Positions 47,701 through 57,800 of a stretch of DNA of 64,000 nucleotides are shown one piece after another. The notes under the pieces are model-generated. The model saw only the letters and a list, made by a program, of their open reading frames with translations. It searched no databases and was not told the DNA's origin. The first letter of the stretch is position 1. The number at the start of each line of letters is the position of its first letter. The DNA comes from Squalus acanthias (taxonomy: Eukaryota). A program made the position numbers and the translations under genes. The stretch spans positions 186,001-250,000 of the forward strand of contig JASTWF010000080.1 in the NCBI GenBank assembly GCA_030390025.1, written 5' to 3'.

Positions 47701-49729
47701 ACGGGATCCAGAAAGTGTAGCCCAAAGGTTGAAAAGTGAACAGGATACATTGCTCAATAAATTGAAAGAAAAAGCTCTCCAACAACTGAAGGACTATTAT
47801 TCCACCGGGAATAACGCAAACCTTGTTGAAAAATACAGGGAGGATTTTGTCTGCAGCATCGACTCTCTGATCAGTGAACAGGGGATGTATGTGGACAGGA
47901 AGTGTGATGAGGCAGTGCAGAGGTGGCGAGATATGCAGCAGCTGAATGATATTAAGAACAAGTATCAGAGTCTGATTGAAGAACAGGTTAATGAACTTCT
48001 GCAACAGTGTAGGCAAAAAAATAGGAAAATGGATGAAACACAACTGCAGGAAGCGTTTGAGTTTATGTGGCGGAAGACAATTTCAACAGTTGAACACAAA
48101 CCCCCACCAAGAGCCAATATTGGGAAGGACATGGAAAGGAGTCTAGTCCAGAATATGTCTGCGGACACCAAGTTGTTTAACCAGAAACTTCACAACAAAT
48201 CCCTGTGTCAACTGGGTGATGAACATCTTCAAGTCAATTATGATCATATTGTGCTGTACACAACTGATCGTAACTTTTTTATGAAGCGTTTTGTTCCAAA
48301 ACTAAATGACTCCGACATTGCAAGAGCCCAGCTGCTGGCAGATCAGTGGGCGAGAGAGTGTGAACAGTTTGTGCAGCAGACAGTGGACCGGGAGCAGGAT
48401 TATGATTCTAACCATTGCAGAGAACTCCTGAAAGTAATAGATGGGAAAATCCAGAAACAACAGGACCAGAGATTCACTTTTAATGAATGTTTCAGGGCGG
48501 ATTTTAAGCTTCACATTTGTGGATTTGCTGTTCAAAAATATGAAGAAATGCAGGAAAAGTTCCGGAAGAAAAATGATCCCCTGGAACAGTTACAAAAGAA
48601 GAAAGCAGACTACAGCCAAAGCTTTCAGGCTATCTACCAGGAGAAAGATCAGACCAAACAAAAAGCAGAACTGTTCTGTGAAAATTGCCTGATCCCGCCC
48701 ATAATCCAAGCCGTTGAGACAAAACTGGGATTGGAAATTGTGCAGCACATGAAGGACTACTGCAAAGGTGGGAAATTCTTGTACCGGAAAAATTTCCAGG
48801 TGGCTCTGCTGCTGCATTTGAAGGAGAGAGACTGTTTTGATGAGTATTACCGATATATAAACCATACCGTGTCATTCGAAAAAGATTGGCTTAAAGAACA
48901 AGTTGTCCAACACTGTGAGTCCACAGGTGATGAACAAGTTCCTCGGCTGTGCTCTCTTGCCCTGGATATTCTGCACGGGGTTATCAGTCGGGTGAGCAAA
49001 GCTATCAAGGATACAACACCTCCAACTAACGAGAATTCAGTGGCCGGAATCATTCAGGCATTTAAAGAGAAATTGAGCGATGAGATTCAGATTCCACAGG
49101 AGAAGTTGGGAACTGTTACTTTTCACTCTGAAAAGATTAACCTGCAGAACTTTAAACAAGAAATTGAAAGTTTCATCAGGACAACAGATCTGAGGGGAAG
49201 GGTGAAAGATTGGGGAAAGGATATTGCTGGGAAAGTCACTGCTCTCCCCACAGATCCGTCCAGTGTATTGTACACGATGTTATGTGGCTGTGGGGAGCAG
49301 TGTCCCTTCTGTGGTGTCCTGTGTGACTGTACGAACAGGGAGCACTCACAGCACAATGCTGAATATCACCGGAGTTCAGGGCTGAACGGATACAAATGGA
49401 GAGCAACTCAGAAACTGGCACCAGAGAATTGTACAACGGATGTCGCGAGCGATGCTACTTTCAGGAATGACGACACCGACGGGAAACCCTACCCTTTCAA
49501 GAATTACAGGAACCTCAATGACCGGTACAGGTGCTGGAATATTCCTGCTGATACCAGCATCAAAACATCGGCCTTTTGGAAATGGGTTTTCTACAAATAC
49601 AACGACCAGTTCGCTGAGAAATACTCGGCAAAACCAGCAGACGACATTTCCAGTTGGGATTTACCCTGGGATCAGATTGAAAAAGACATTGAAGAAAAAT
49701 ACCATGTGAAGATTGACGAGTTCAATTAA
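44726..49729 (+). CDS. GVIN1: Interferon-induced very large GTPase (GVIN/VLIG, URGCP-like), 1667 aa from gccATGG; exon acceptor at 44683/4 is in frame
   Basis: Intact ORF with HPLDII..FLQQELMLKMSLCQFALPLLLP, NLRGDA, GLEHFMRE, G1 GVQSTGKS (46823-46), GRCTRGAFMQL, G3 DTEG, HDNELAT, FVHQNV and C-terminal CPFCGVLC..H..H..HR. The symbol denotes the family, not proven orthology. Confidence 0.95.
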   Translation: MDNNVELEPTDSDRQLETEPLGRGSQPGPSPPDPVEGNKTTTAQAQSSGQRHSSIFANNDSDAKTVKRTPGNGIRKLLTELGLESKKLTLSDVLTISTETLQNKSPDSPQDIPGYFLRNLMMVNSEARILKYNPTAAQNQSESDNLDFLCLDKTGEGLYHPLDIIVAIFLRAEPFLQQELMLKMSLCQFALPLLLPADNQGCTFLLWALRSIVKTWRPRSLQESASFKETNMVTVSMPTCSFIRLGSCSISKSKVLNEVLSTSEQHHNFFIHCDMEYGDLPPKISDGLVELCWYLPSGSERSDLFPEPMAILNLRGDAKEFHTQLQFLADVSSALFIFIDKVDSGLSKTLESLAQSPVSTFIVLTGSSVSSETQGHLKHFITSSVFKKNQILFRGTRNSAQFTETLRSTLNTALKTTLEPTTVSKRRKTSRGPQSLEQLAAIARGLGMEVDEDDQMCSEGKARAANINNRINGEEISQYKLENMSFQGSTWQQVSKIEKEKCRPKQREDKSTHKYCNDLEEEKKKLRNEQGKKGVSADMKSFITALTDREERKHFLQWLKCGLDSRSRDTLSGLRGDYKALYEKSQPQSTKQKDSTIDNKQLQELDQRITASSLGLEHFMREIGLIYETLINQNNGNKEEECMVEKLPRTAADLMLDGFPLELIDGDVSNIPLRWITDVLKAVEDKIGRETRVFVLTVLGVQSTGKSTLLNTMFGLQFAVSCGRCTRGAFMQLIKITEDLQIELGCGYIMVIDTEGLKAPELSTIDNSYEHDNELATLVIGLSDVTLVNMAMENSTEMKDVLQIAVHALIRMKEVGKRPACYFVHQNVSDVSAHDQNIRGRNHLLEQLDVMTQAAAKMEKQDQRFTKFSDVLEYDAMVSNWNIPGLWHGNPPMAAVNTGYSHKVFELKKRLFRDLKEKRHQGRMSTIPEFSKWTKSLWTAVKYENFIFSFRNSLVAEAYKELSVKYTDLEWELRKEIHSFLEKAQNIIFNDKRDPESVAQRLKSEQDTLLNKLKEKALQQLKDYYSTGNNANLVEKYREDFVCSIDSLISEQGMYVDRKCDEAVQRWRDMQQLNDIKNKYQSLIEEQVNELLQQCRQKNRKMDETQLQEAFEFMWRKTISTVEHKPPPRANIGKDMERSLVQNMSADTKLFNQKLHNKSLCQLGDEHLQVNYDHIVLYTTDRNFFMKRFVPKLNDSDIARAQLLADQWARECEQFVQQTVDREQDYDSNHCRELLKVIDGKIQKQQDQRFTFNECFRADFKLHICGFAVQKYEEMQEKFRKKNDPLEQLQKKKADYSQSFQAIYQEKDQTKQKAELFCENCLIPPIIQAVETKLGLEIVQHMKDYCKGGKFLYRKNFQVALLLHLKERDCFDEYYRYINHTVSFEKDWLKEQVVQHCESTGDEQVPRLCSLALDILHGVISRVSKAIKDTTPPTNENSVAGIIQAFKEKLSDEIQIPQEKLGTVTFHSEKINLQNFKQEIESFIRTTDLRGRVKDWGKDIAGKVTALPTDPSSVLYTMLCGCGEQCPFCGVLCDCTNREHSQHNAEYHRSSGLNGYKWRATQKLAPENCTTDVASDATFRNDDTDGKPYPFKNYRNLNDRYRCWNIPADTSIKTSAFWKWVFYKYNDQFAEKYSAKPADDISSWDLPWDQIEKDIEEKYHVKIDEFN

Positions 49730-49759
49730 CTTGCTGGTTTCAAAGACCATAAAAAGAGA

Positions 49760-50540
49760 AGCTCCCTCCCTCCCGCCCTCTCCCCTCCCTCCCACTCCGA
49801 GCTCCTACCCGCGGGGCTCTGCCAACCCTCCCTCCCTCTCACTCCGAGCTCCTACCCGCAGGGCTCTGCCAGCCCTACCTCCCTCTCCCCTCCCTCCCAC
49901 TCCGAGCACCTACCCGCGGGACTCTGCCAGCCCTCCCTCCCTCTCCCCTCCCTCCCACTCCGAGCTCCTACCCGCAGGGCTCTACCAGCCCTCTCTCCCT
50001 CTCCCCTCCCTCCCACTCCAAGCACCTACCCGCGGGGCTCTGCCAACCCTCCCTCCCTCTCCCCTCCCTCCCTCCCACTCCGAGCTCCTACCCGTGGTGC
50101 TCTGCCAGCCCTCCCTCCCTCTCCCCTCCCTCCCACTCCGAGCTCCTACCCGCGGGTCTCTGCCAGCCCTCCCTCCCTCTCCCCTCCCTCCCACTCCGAG
50201 CTCCTACCCGCGGGTCTCTGCCAGCCCTCCCTCCCTCTCCCCTCCCTCCCACTCCGAGCACCTACCCGCGGGACTCTGCCAGCCCTCTCTCCCTCTCCCC
50301 TCCCTCCCACTCCAAGCACCTACCCGCGGGGCTCTGCCAACCCTCCCTCCCTCTCCCCTCCCTCCCTCCCACTCCGAGCTCCTACCCGTGGTGCTCTGCC
50401 AGCCCTCCCTCCCTCTCCCCTCCCTCCCACTCCGAGCTCCTTCCCGCGGGTCTCTGCCAGCCCTCCCTCTCTCTCCCCTCCCTCCCACTCCGAGCTCCTA
50501 CCCGCTGGGCTCTACCAGCCCAGCCCCCTCTCTCCCTCTC
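49760..50540. repeat. ~55-60-bp pyrimidine-rich minisatellite at the start of the GVIN 3' UTR
   Basis: Tandem cccactccgagctcctacccgcgggg(c)tctgccagccctccctccctctcccctccct. Confidence 0.9.
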
Positions 50541-51823
50541 CAACAGTGTCCTTTATGCTGAAATGTGCTGCCACTGTTTAGCAGGTGGTGAAAGTCAATT
50601 TGCTCCACTGGTTCCCACATCTAAAGAGTTAACCGGAAAGAAACAAATGGGGGTAATTTTCACCCTGACCATTTGGTGAAGTGCTTTCTAGAACAGGCGT
50701 CTGGTCAGCGACACCAGTTTCACACCTGGACAGTAAGGTGAAAATCTCCCCAATTAATATATTAAAGTAAAGACACCGACACAGTTGGTATTTTTGTTTC
50801 TCAGTCCTTGATTTCCTATCAGTTTTTCTAGTTAATAATTTAACTTTTTGCCTGAATTATTTTCTTCTCGCCAGTAATCTTTCTGTACAGGATTGAGCCT
50901 ATAGCAGCAAATGGCTGTAGACTGATCGTGGGCTGTTTGGAGTTAAAACAAACAGGCCACACCCAGAGAGAACCAACATCACAATCATCTGAGAGACAAT
51001 TGGGGAAAACAAGATGTTCCTCAATTTCCGATCATCATAGAATCATAGAATGATACAGCACAGAAGGAGGCCATTCAGCCCATCGTGCCTGTGCCGGCTC
51101 TTTGAAGGAGCTGTCTATTTAGTCCCACTCCCCTGCTCTTTCCCCAGGGCCCTGCACATTTTTCCCCTTCAAGTGTTTATTCAATTCCCTTTTGAAAGTT
51201 GTGTCTGGTGACGAGGGGGAATAACTGCTCAGTACCTCTTAGATACAAAGAAATAATGCTGGAAATCCAAAATAATAAAATGTAAATACACAACAGGCCC
51301 ATCAGGATCTAAACAGGGAAACAATAGGGTGAACTTTCTGTTTTTGACTCAGGGGATCTCAATCTGAAACGTTAAACTGTATTTTCTCTTTCCAAATGCT
51401 GACTGGCCCATCGTGTATTTATATTATTTTCTATTTTTATCTGTTTTATTTTAGAGTTAGAACAGAGTTTCATTGTTTAATCATTATATATCGACATCAA
51501 AAGGGAATCGGGAACTAACTTCAGAAGCCAGTAGTAAATGGAACAGGCTTCTAATGCTGTAATAGAGAGGCTAAACATTACATTAACATTTGTAGTCGCT
51601 TGTCCTAGAGTTATGTGTTGTCATTTTATTGTTTCAGATGCTTTCTTCAAATAATTCAATAGCAGATTACAAATGATGTTGCTTTTGTTCAATTATTGGA
51701 CAGTGTGATTCCTGGCAATGTTACCCTGTTTGTTGAATTTTAGAATCATAACTTGAACCATTACTGTTAAATTTTTATTCTGAAATACTGATTGCAATAG
51801 TTTGGAATTTTAATTCCACACTG

Positions 51824-52023
51824 AATAAACGCTTGAATTCTGTTCCACAGCGTTTGAATTTCATTGAATTTTATATAAGGTTGCAACAAGTGTTTCTATA
51901 TTCCATTAGTCAACTGTACTTTATCCAGTGATTTGCTTTGAAACCGTATAAACTTTGATCAGCTATCACCTGCATGACAATAAAACAAATGATTTAATCC
52001 AGCTCGGTGCCACCTTTAATAAA
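51824..52023 (+). terminator. Cluster of AATAAA polyadenylation signals for GVIN
   Basis: AATAAA at ~51824, ~51979 and ~52018, ending an AT-rich UTR-like stretch. Confidence 0.5.
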
Positions 52024-52404
52024 CATTAAATACCTGGACAAAGCTGTGTAGAGAGTAAGAGGCTGGAGGATGGGTGTCTAACCTCACCGAGTGATATGTA
52101 ATATTATTATTTTAGTATTAAGTGCTTGATATGTTTTTACTCTGATACTTTCCTCATGCTCAGTACCAAAGACCACTCCATTAGTGACTCCCCCCAATCC
52201 CTACAAGCCAGAGTGTGACTTTAAATCCATATTATCTGGTAATGTAGCGCGGCCCAGATACTGAATAGAGCCCCTTATTATGGTCTTCAGCTTGCTGCAG
52301 CAACCCCTGGACTTTGAAAAGTGGTAGAATATATCTCCTATCGGACGGTGGTTTGGACTATAAACTATGAAGCAAATTCATCAAGAACAACAACAACTTA
52401 CATT

Positions 52405-54005
52405 AAGAACATAAGAACATAAGAAATAGGAGCAGGAGTAGGCCAATTGGCCCCTGGAGCCTGCTCCGCCATTCAATAAGATCATGGCTGATCTGATCCT
52501 AACTGCCAATCTACTATCACAGAACCATCTCCTGAACCTAACAGAATTGGACACACGAAATAGGAGCAGGATCAGGCTACACGGCCCCTGGGCCCGCTCC
52601 GCTACCCACAGGGCCATGACCGATCCGAACCTAGACTCATGTCCAAATTCCTGCCCGCTCCCCGTAACCCTTAATTCCCTTTACTTCTAGGAAACTGTCT
52701 ATTTCTGTTTTAAATTTATGTAATGATGTAGCTTCTACAGCTTTTTGGGGCAGCATATTCCATGGACCTACCACCCTCTGAGTGAAGTAGTTCCTCCTCA
52801 TCTCAGTTTTGAAAGAGCAGCCCCTTATTCTAAGACTATGCCCCCTAGTTCTAGTTTCACCCATCATCGGGAATATCCTCACCGCATCCACCCGATCCAA
52901 CCCCTTCACAATCTTATATGTTTCAATAAGATCGCCTCTCATTCTTCTGAACTCCAATGAGTAGAGTCCCAATCTACCCAACCTCTCCTCATATGTCCAT
53001 CCCCTCATCCCCGGGATTAACCGAGTGAACCGTCTTTGTACTGACTCGAGAGCAAGTATGTCTTTTCTTAAGTATGGACACCAAAACTGTATGCAGTATT
53101 CCAGGTGCGGTCTCACCAATACCTTGTACAACTGAAGCAATACCTCCCTATTTTTATATTCTATCCCCCTAGCAATGAAAGGCAACATTCCATTGGCCTT
53201 CTTAATCACTTGCTGCACCTGCATACTAACCTTTTGAGTTTCGTGCACCAGGACCTCCAGATCCCTTTGTACTTCAGTACTTTCCAGTTTCTTGCCATTT
53301 AGATAACAACTTGCTCTACTATTTTTCCTGCCAAAGTGCATAACCTCACACTTTCCAGTATTGTATTCCATCTGCCAAATCTCTGCCCACTTACTTAGCC
53401 TGTCTAAGTCCCCTTGCAGATTTTTTATGTCCTCCTCACTCACTACTTTCCCTCCCATCTTAGTATCATCTGCAAACTTTGATATGTTACACTCGGTCCC
53501 CTCCTCCAAATCGTTAATATAGATTGGAAAGAGTTGGGGACCCAGCACCGACCACTGCGGAACACCACTAGTTACTGATTGCCAGTCTGAGAATGAACCA
53601 TTCATCCCAACTCTCTGCCTTCTGTTAGATAGCCAATCCTCTATCCATGCCAGAATATTACCCCCAATCCCGTGATTTTTTTTATCTTAAGCAATAACCT
53701 TTTGTGTGGCACCTTGTCAAATGCCTTTTGGAAGTCTAAATACACCACATCCACTGGTTCCCCTTTATCCACCCTGTATGTTACTTCCTCAAAGAACTCC
53801 AGCAAATTTGTCAAACATGACTTCCCCTTCATAAAACCATGCTGACTTTGTCCTATTAAATTATGATTATCCAAATGTCCCGTTACTGTCTCCTTAATAA
53901 TGGACTCCAAAATTTTACCTACCACAGATTTTAGGCTATAGTTTCTGTCTACTGCCCTTTTTAAATAAGGGTGTTACATTAGCAGTTTTCCAGTCTGCCG
54001 GGATC
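52405..54005 (-). mobile_element. CR1 LINE 3' portion, well preserved
   Basis: 322-aa RT ORF (GVPQWSVLGP, KFADDTK, RPHLEYC) and an (aagaacat)n tail. Confidence 0.93.
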
Positions 54006-54209
54006 TTTGCTGATTGAAGATTTTCACCCAGAAAACACAGCTCACGTGATTTTAAAAAGGAATTTGATTATTACTGGAAATTGCTGGATAAGTTAATATA
54101 TAGAAAGGGAAGATGGAGGATGCTGGTCGTACAGGACAGTCAAACACTGCCATCTGGGGGCAGAGAGGGGCTGTGTCACTTTCCAGTACTTTGTGACATC
54201 ATAAAACTG

Positions 54210-54745
54210 GAACATCGGGAATCCAAAACTAGGGGCCGTGAATATGAGAGAGTCACTAATAAATCCAATAGGGAATTCAGGAGAAACTTCTTCACCCAGA
54301 GAGTGGTGAGAATGAGGAACTCGCTACCACAGGGAGTGGTTGAGGCGAATAGCATTTCAGGGGAAGCTGGATAAACACATGCAGGAGAAATGAATAGAAG
54401 GTTTTGCTGCTAGGGTTTGATGAAGAGGGGTGGGAGGAGGCTCGTGTGGAGCATAAACACCAGCAGAGACCTGTTGGGCCGAATGGCCTGTTTCTGTGCT
54501 GTAAATTCTATGTAATTCTATATGGAGCCTTTAACCGAGAAAAACTCCCAAGGTGCTTCACAGGGGAGTAATGAAAGAGAAAGGACACGGAACCAAAGAC
54601 GGAGATATTAGGAGTGGTGATCAAAAGCTTGGTCATAGAGGCGGGCTTTAAAGATGGTCTTAAAGGAGGAGAGAGAGGTGGAGAGATGGAGAGGTTTAGG
54701 GAGGGAATTCCACTGTATGGGGCCCAAGAAGCTGAAGGCACGGCC
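54210..54745. mobile_element. CR1 3' end (+) abutting an L2 3' end (-)
   Basis: RRNFFTQRVVRM and a ttctatgtaa tail, then an L2-type ..WNSLP..-coding sequence on -. Confidence 0.75.
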
Positions 54746-54884
54746 CCTTGATCTGTATCTCAACTCCATCTACCCGCCTTGTTCCATATCCCCGAACACC
54801 CTTACCCAGCAAAACTCCATCCATCTCAGTCTTGAAAATTTCAACTGACCCCCATCATCCACAGCCTATTGGACAAGAATACAA

Positions 54885-57800
54885 GGGAGAGCTGGGAATG
54901 GGGGTGAGCTGGGAACCCGTTTGAGCGCAGAATGGGGTGAGCTGAGAACGGGGGTGAGTGGGGAACGGAAAAAGGGGCTGAGCTAGGAAAGGGGTGAGCG
55001 GGGAACGGGGCTGAGATGGGAATGGGGATTGGGGGTGAGCTGCGAACGGGAAACAGGGGTGAGCCAGGAACGGGTTGAACGGGGAACGGGGCTGAGCTGA
55101 GAATGGGGAACAGGGCTGAGCTTGGAACGGGGATGAATGGGGAACGGGGAACAGACGTGTGCGCCGAACGGGGGTGAGCTGGGAAGGGGTGAGCGGGGAA
55201 CGGGGGTGAGTGGGGAACGGGGAACGGGGTGAGCGGGGAAAGGTCAACCAGAGTGAGCTGGGAAAGGAGGTGAGTGGGATACGGGGTGAGAAGGGAACAG
55301 GGTACGTGGGTGAACTGGGAATGGGGGTGAGTGGGGAAGGGGGAACGGATGTGAGCTGGGAATGGCGGTGAGTTGGGAACGGGGGTGAGCTGGGATCGGG
55401 GTGAGCGGGGAATGGGGGTGAGCAGGGAACCCTGTTCCCAGCTCTGCCCCGTTCCCCGTTCCCCGCTCACCACTTTTCCCAGCTCAACCACGTGCCCTGT
55501 TCTCCGCTCACCTCCGTTCCCTGCTCACCCCGTTCCCAGCTGACACCTGTTACCCGTTCCCAGCTCAGTCCCGTCCCCCGCTCATCCCATTCCCAGCACA
55601 CTCCCATTCCCAGCTCACCCCTGTTTCCCGCTCACCCTCGTTCCTGGCTCACCCCTGTTCCCTGTCCCCCGCTCACCCCCGTTCCTCACTCATCCCCCCC
55701 TTCAACTTTCCCCATTCCCCGCACAGCCCCGTTTCTGGCTCACCCGCGTTCCCTGCTCACCCCCTTTCCCAGCTCACCCCCGTTCGCTATTCCACGCTCA
55801 CCCCTGTTGCCAGCTCACCCCCTTTCCCAGCTCACCTCCGTTCCCTGTTCCCCGCTCACCTGCGTTCCCCATTCCTGGCTCAGCCCCGTTCCCTGTTCCC
55901 AGCTCACCCCCGTTCCCCGTTCTCAGCTCAATCCCGTTCCCCGCTCACACCCGTTTTCCGTTCCCAGCTCACCCCGTTCCCGTTCCCCGCTCACCCCGTT
56001 CCCAGCTCACCCCCATTACCTGTTCCCAGCTCACTCCCGTTCCCCGTTCCCCATTCCCCATTCCCCGCTCACCCCCGTTCCCAGCTCACCCCTTCTCCCA
56101 GCTCATCCCCGTTCCCCGTTTACCACGTTCCCAACTCATCCCCATTCCCCGCTCAATACGCTCCAAACTCACCCCGTTCCCAGCTCACTCCTGTTCCCCG
56201 TTCCCCATTCCCCATTCCCCGCTCACCCCCGTTCCCAGCTCACCCATTTTCCCAGCTCACCCCCGTTCCCCGTTCCCAACTCATCCCCATTCCCCGCTCA
56301 ACTTGCTCCCAACTCACTCCCGTTCCCAGCTCACCCCTTTTCCCAGCTCACCCCCGTTCCCCGTTCACCCCGTTCCCAACTCATCCCCATTCCCCGCTCA
56401 ACACGCTCCCAACTCACTCCGTTCCCAGCTCACTCCCTTTCCCCGCTCACCCCCGTTCCCAGCTCAGCCATGATCCCCACTCATCCTGTTCCCAGCTCAC
56501 CCCATTCCCCATTCCCCACTCACTCCCTTTCCCAGCTCACACCCATTCGCAGTTCCCCGCTCACCCCATTCCCAACTCATCCCTGTTCCCCGTTCCCCGC
56601 TCATCCCATTCCCCACTCACATCATTCCCTGTTCCCCACTCACCCCTTTCCCAGCTCACACCCGTTCCCAGCTCACCCCTATTCCCCGTTTCCAAGTCAC
56701 CCCCGTTACCCGTTCCACGTTCCCTGCTCACCCCCAGTCCCAGTTCACCATCGTTCCCCGTTCCACGCTCACCCGGTTCCCCGCTCACCCCAATTACCAG
56801 CTCCCCCCATTTCGCCATTCCACGCGCATCCCCGTTCCTGGCTCAACCCCGTTCTGAGTACCTCACTCATCCCATTCCCAACTCATCCCCATTCCCCGTT
56901 CCCCGCTCACCCCGCTTCCAACTCACCCCCGTTCTCAGCTCACTGCCATTCCCCGCTCAAACCCTTTCCCAGCTCACCCCCATTCCCCTTTCCCAGCTCA
57001 CCCCCGTTCCCATTCCCTGTTCCCCGCTCAACCCTGTTCCCAGCTCACCCCCGTTCCATGCTCACCCCCATTCCCAGCTCAACCCCATTCCCAGCTCACC
57101 CCATTTCCCCATTCCCAGCTCATCCCCGTTCCCAGGTCACCCTCAGTCCCAGTTAATCCTCGTTCCCCGTTCCCCGCTCAACCTGTTCCCCGCTCACACA
57201 TGTTCCCAGCTCACACCCGTTCACCGTTCCACGTTTACCCCCATTCCCAGCTCACACCCATTCCCTGCTCCCCGCTCACCCCATTCCCAGCTCACCCAGT
57301 TTCCCGCTTACACCGTTCCCAGCTCAACACCATTCCCCGTTCCCCGCTCACTCCCTTTCCCAGCTCACCCCTGTTCCCAGTTCCCCGCTCACCCCGCTCC
57401 CAACTCACCCCCGTTCCCTGCTCACCCCTGTTCCCTGCTCAACCCCATTCCCAGCTCGCCCCATTCCCCATTCCCAACTCACCCCCATTCCCAGTGCACC
57501 TGGGTTCCCCATTCCCAGCTCATCTCCATTCCCAGATCTCCCCCAGTCCCAGTTCACCCTCGTTTCCCCTTCCCCGCAGACCCCGTTGCCCACTCGCGCA
57601 GATTCCCAGCTCACCCCCGCTCGCTATTCCACGCTCACCCCTGTTGCCAGCTCACCCCCGTTCCGAGCTCAACCCTGCCCCCTGTTCCCTGCTCACCCTC
57701 TTTCCCAGCTCACTCCCGTTCACTGTTCCCCGCTCACCCGCATTCCCCATTCCTGGCTCAGCCCCGTTCCGTGTTCTCTGCTCACGCCGTTCCCAGCTCA

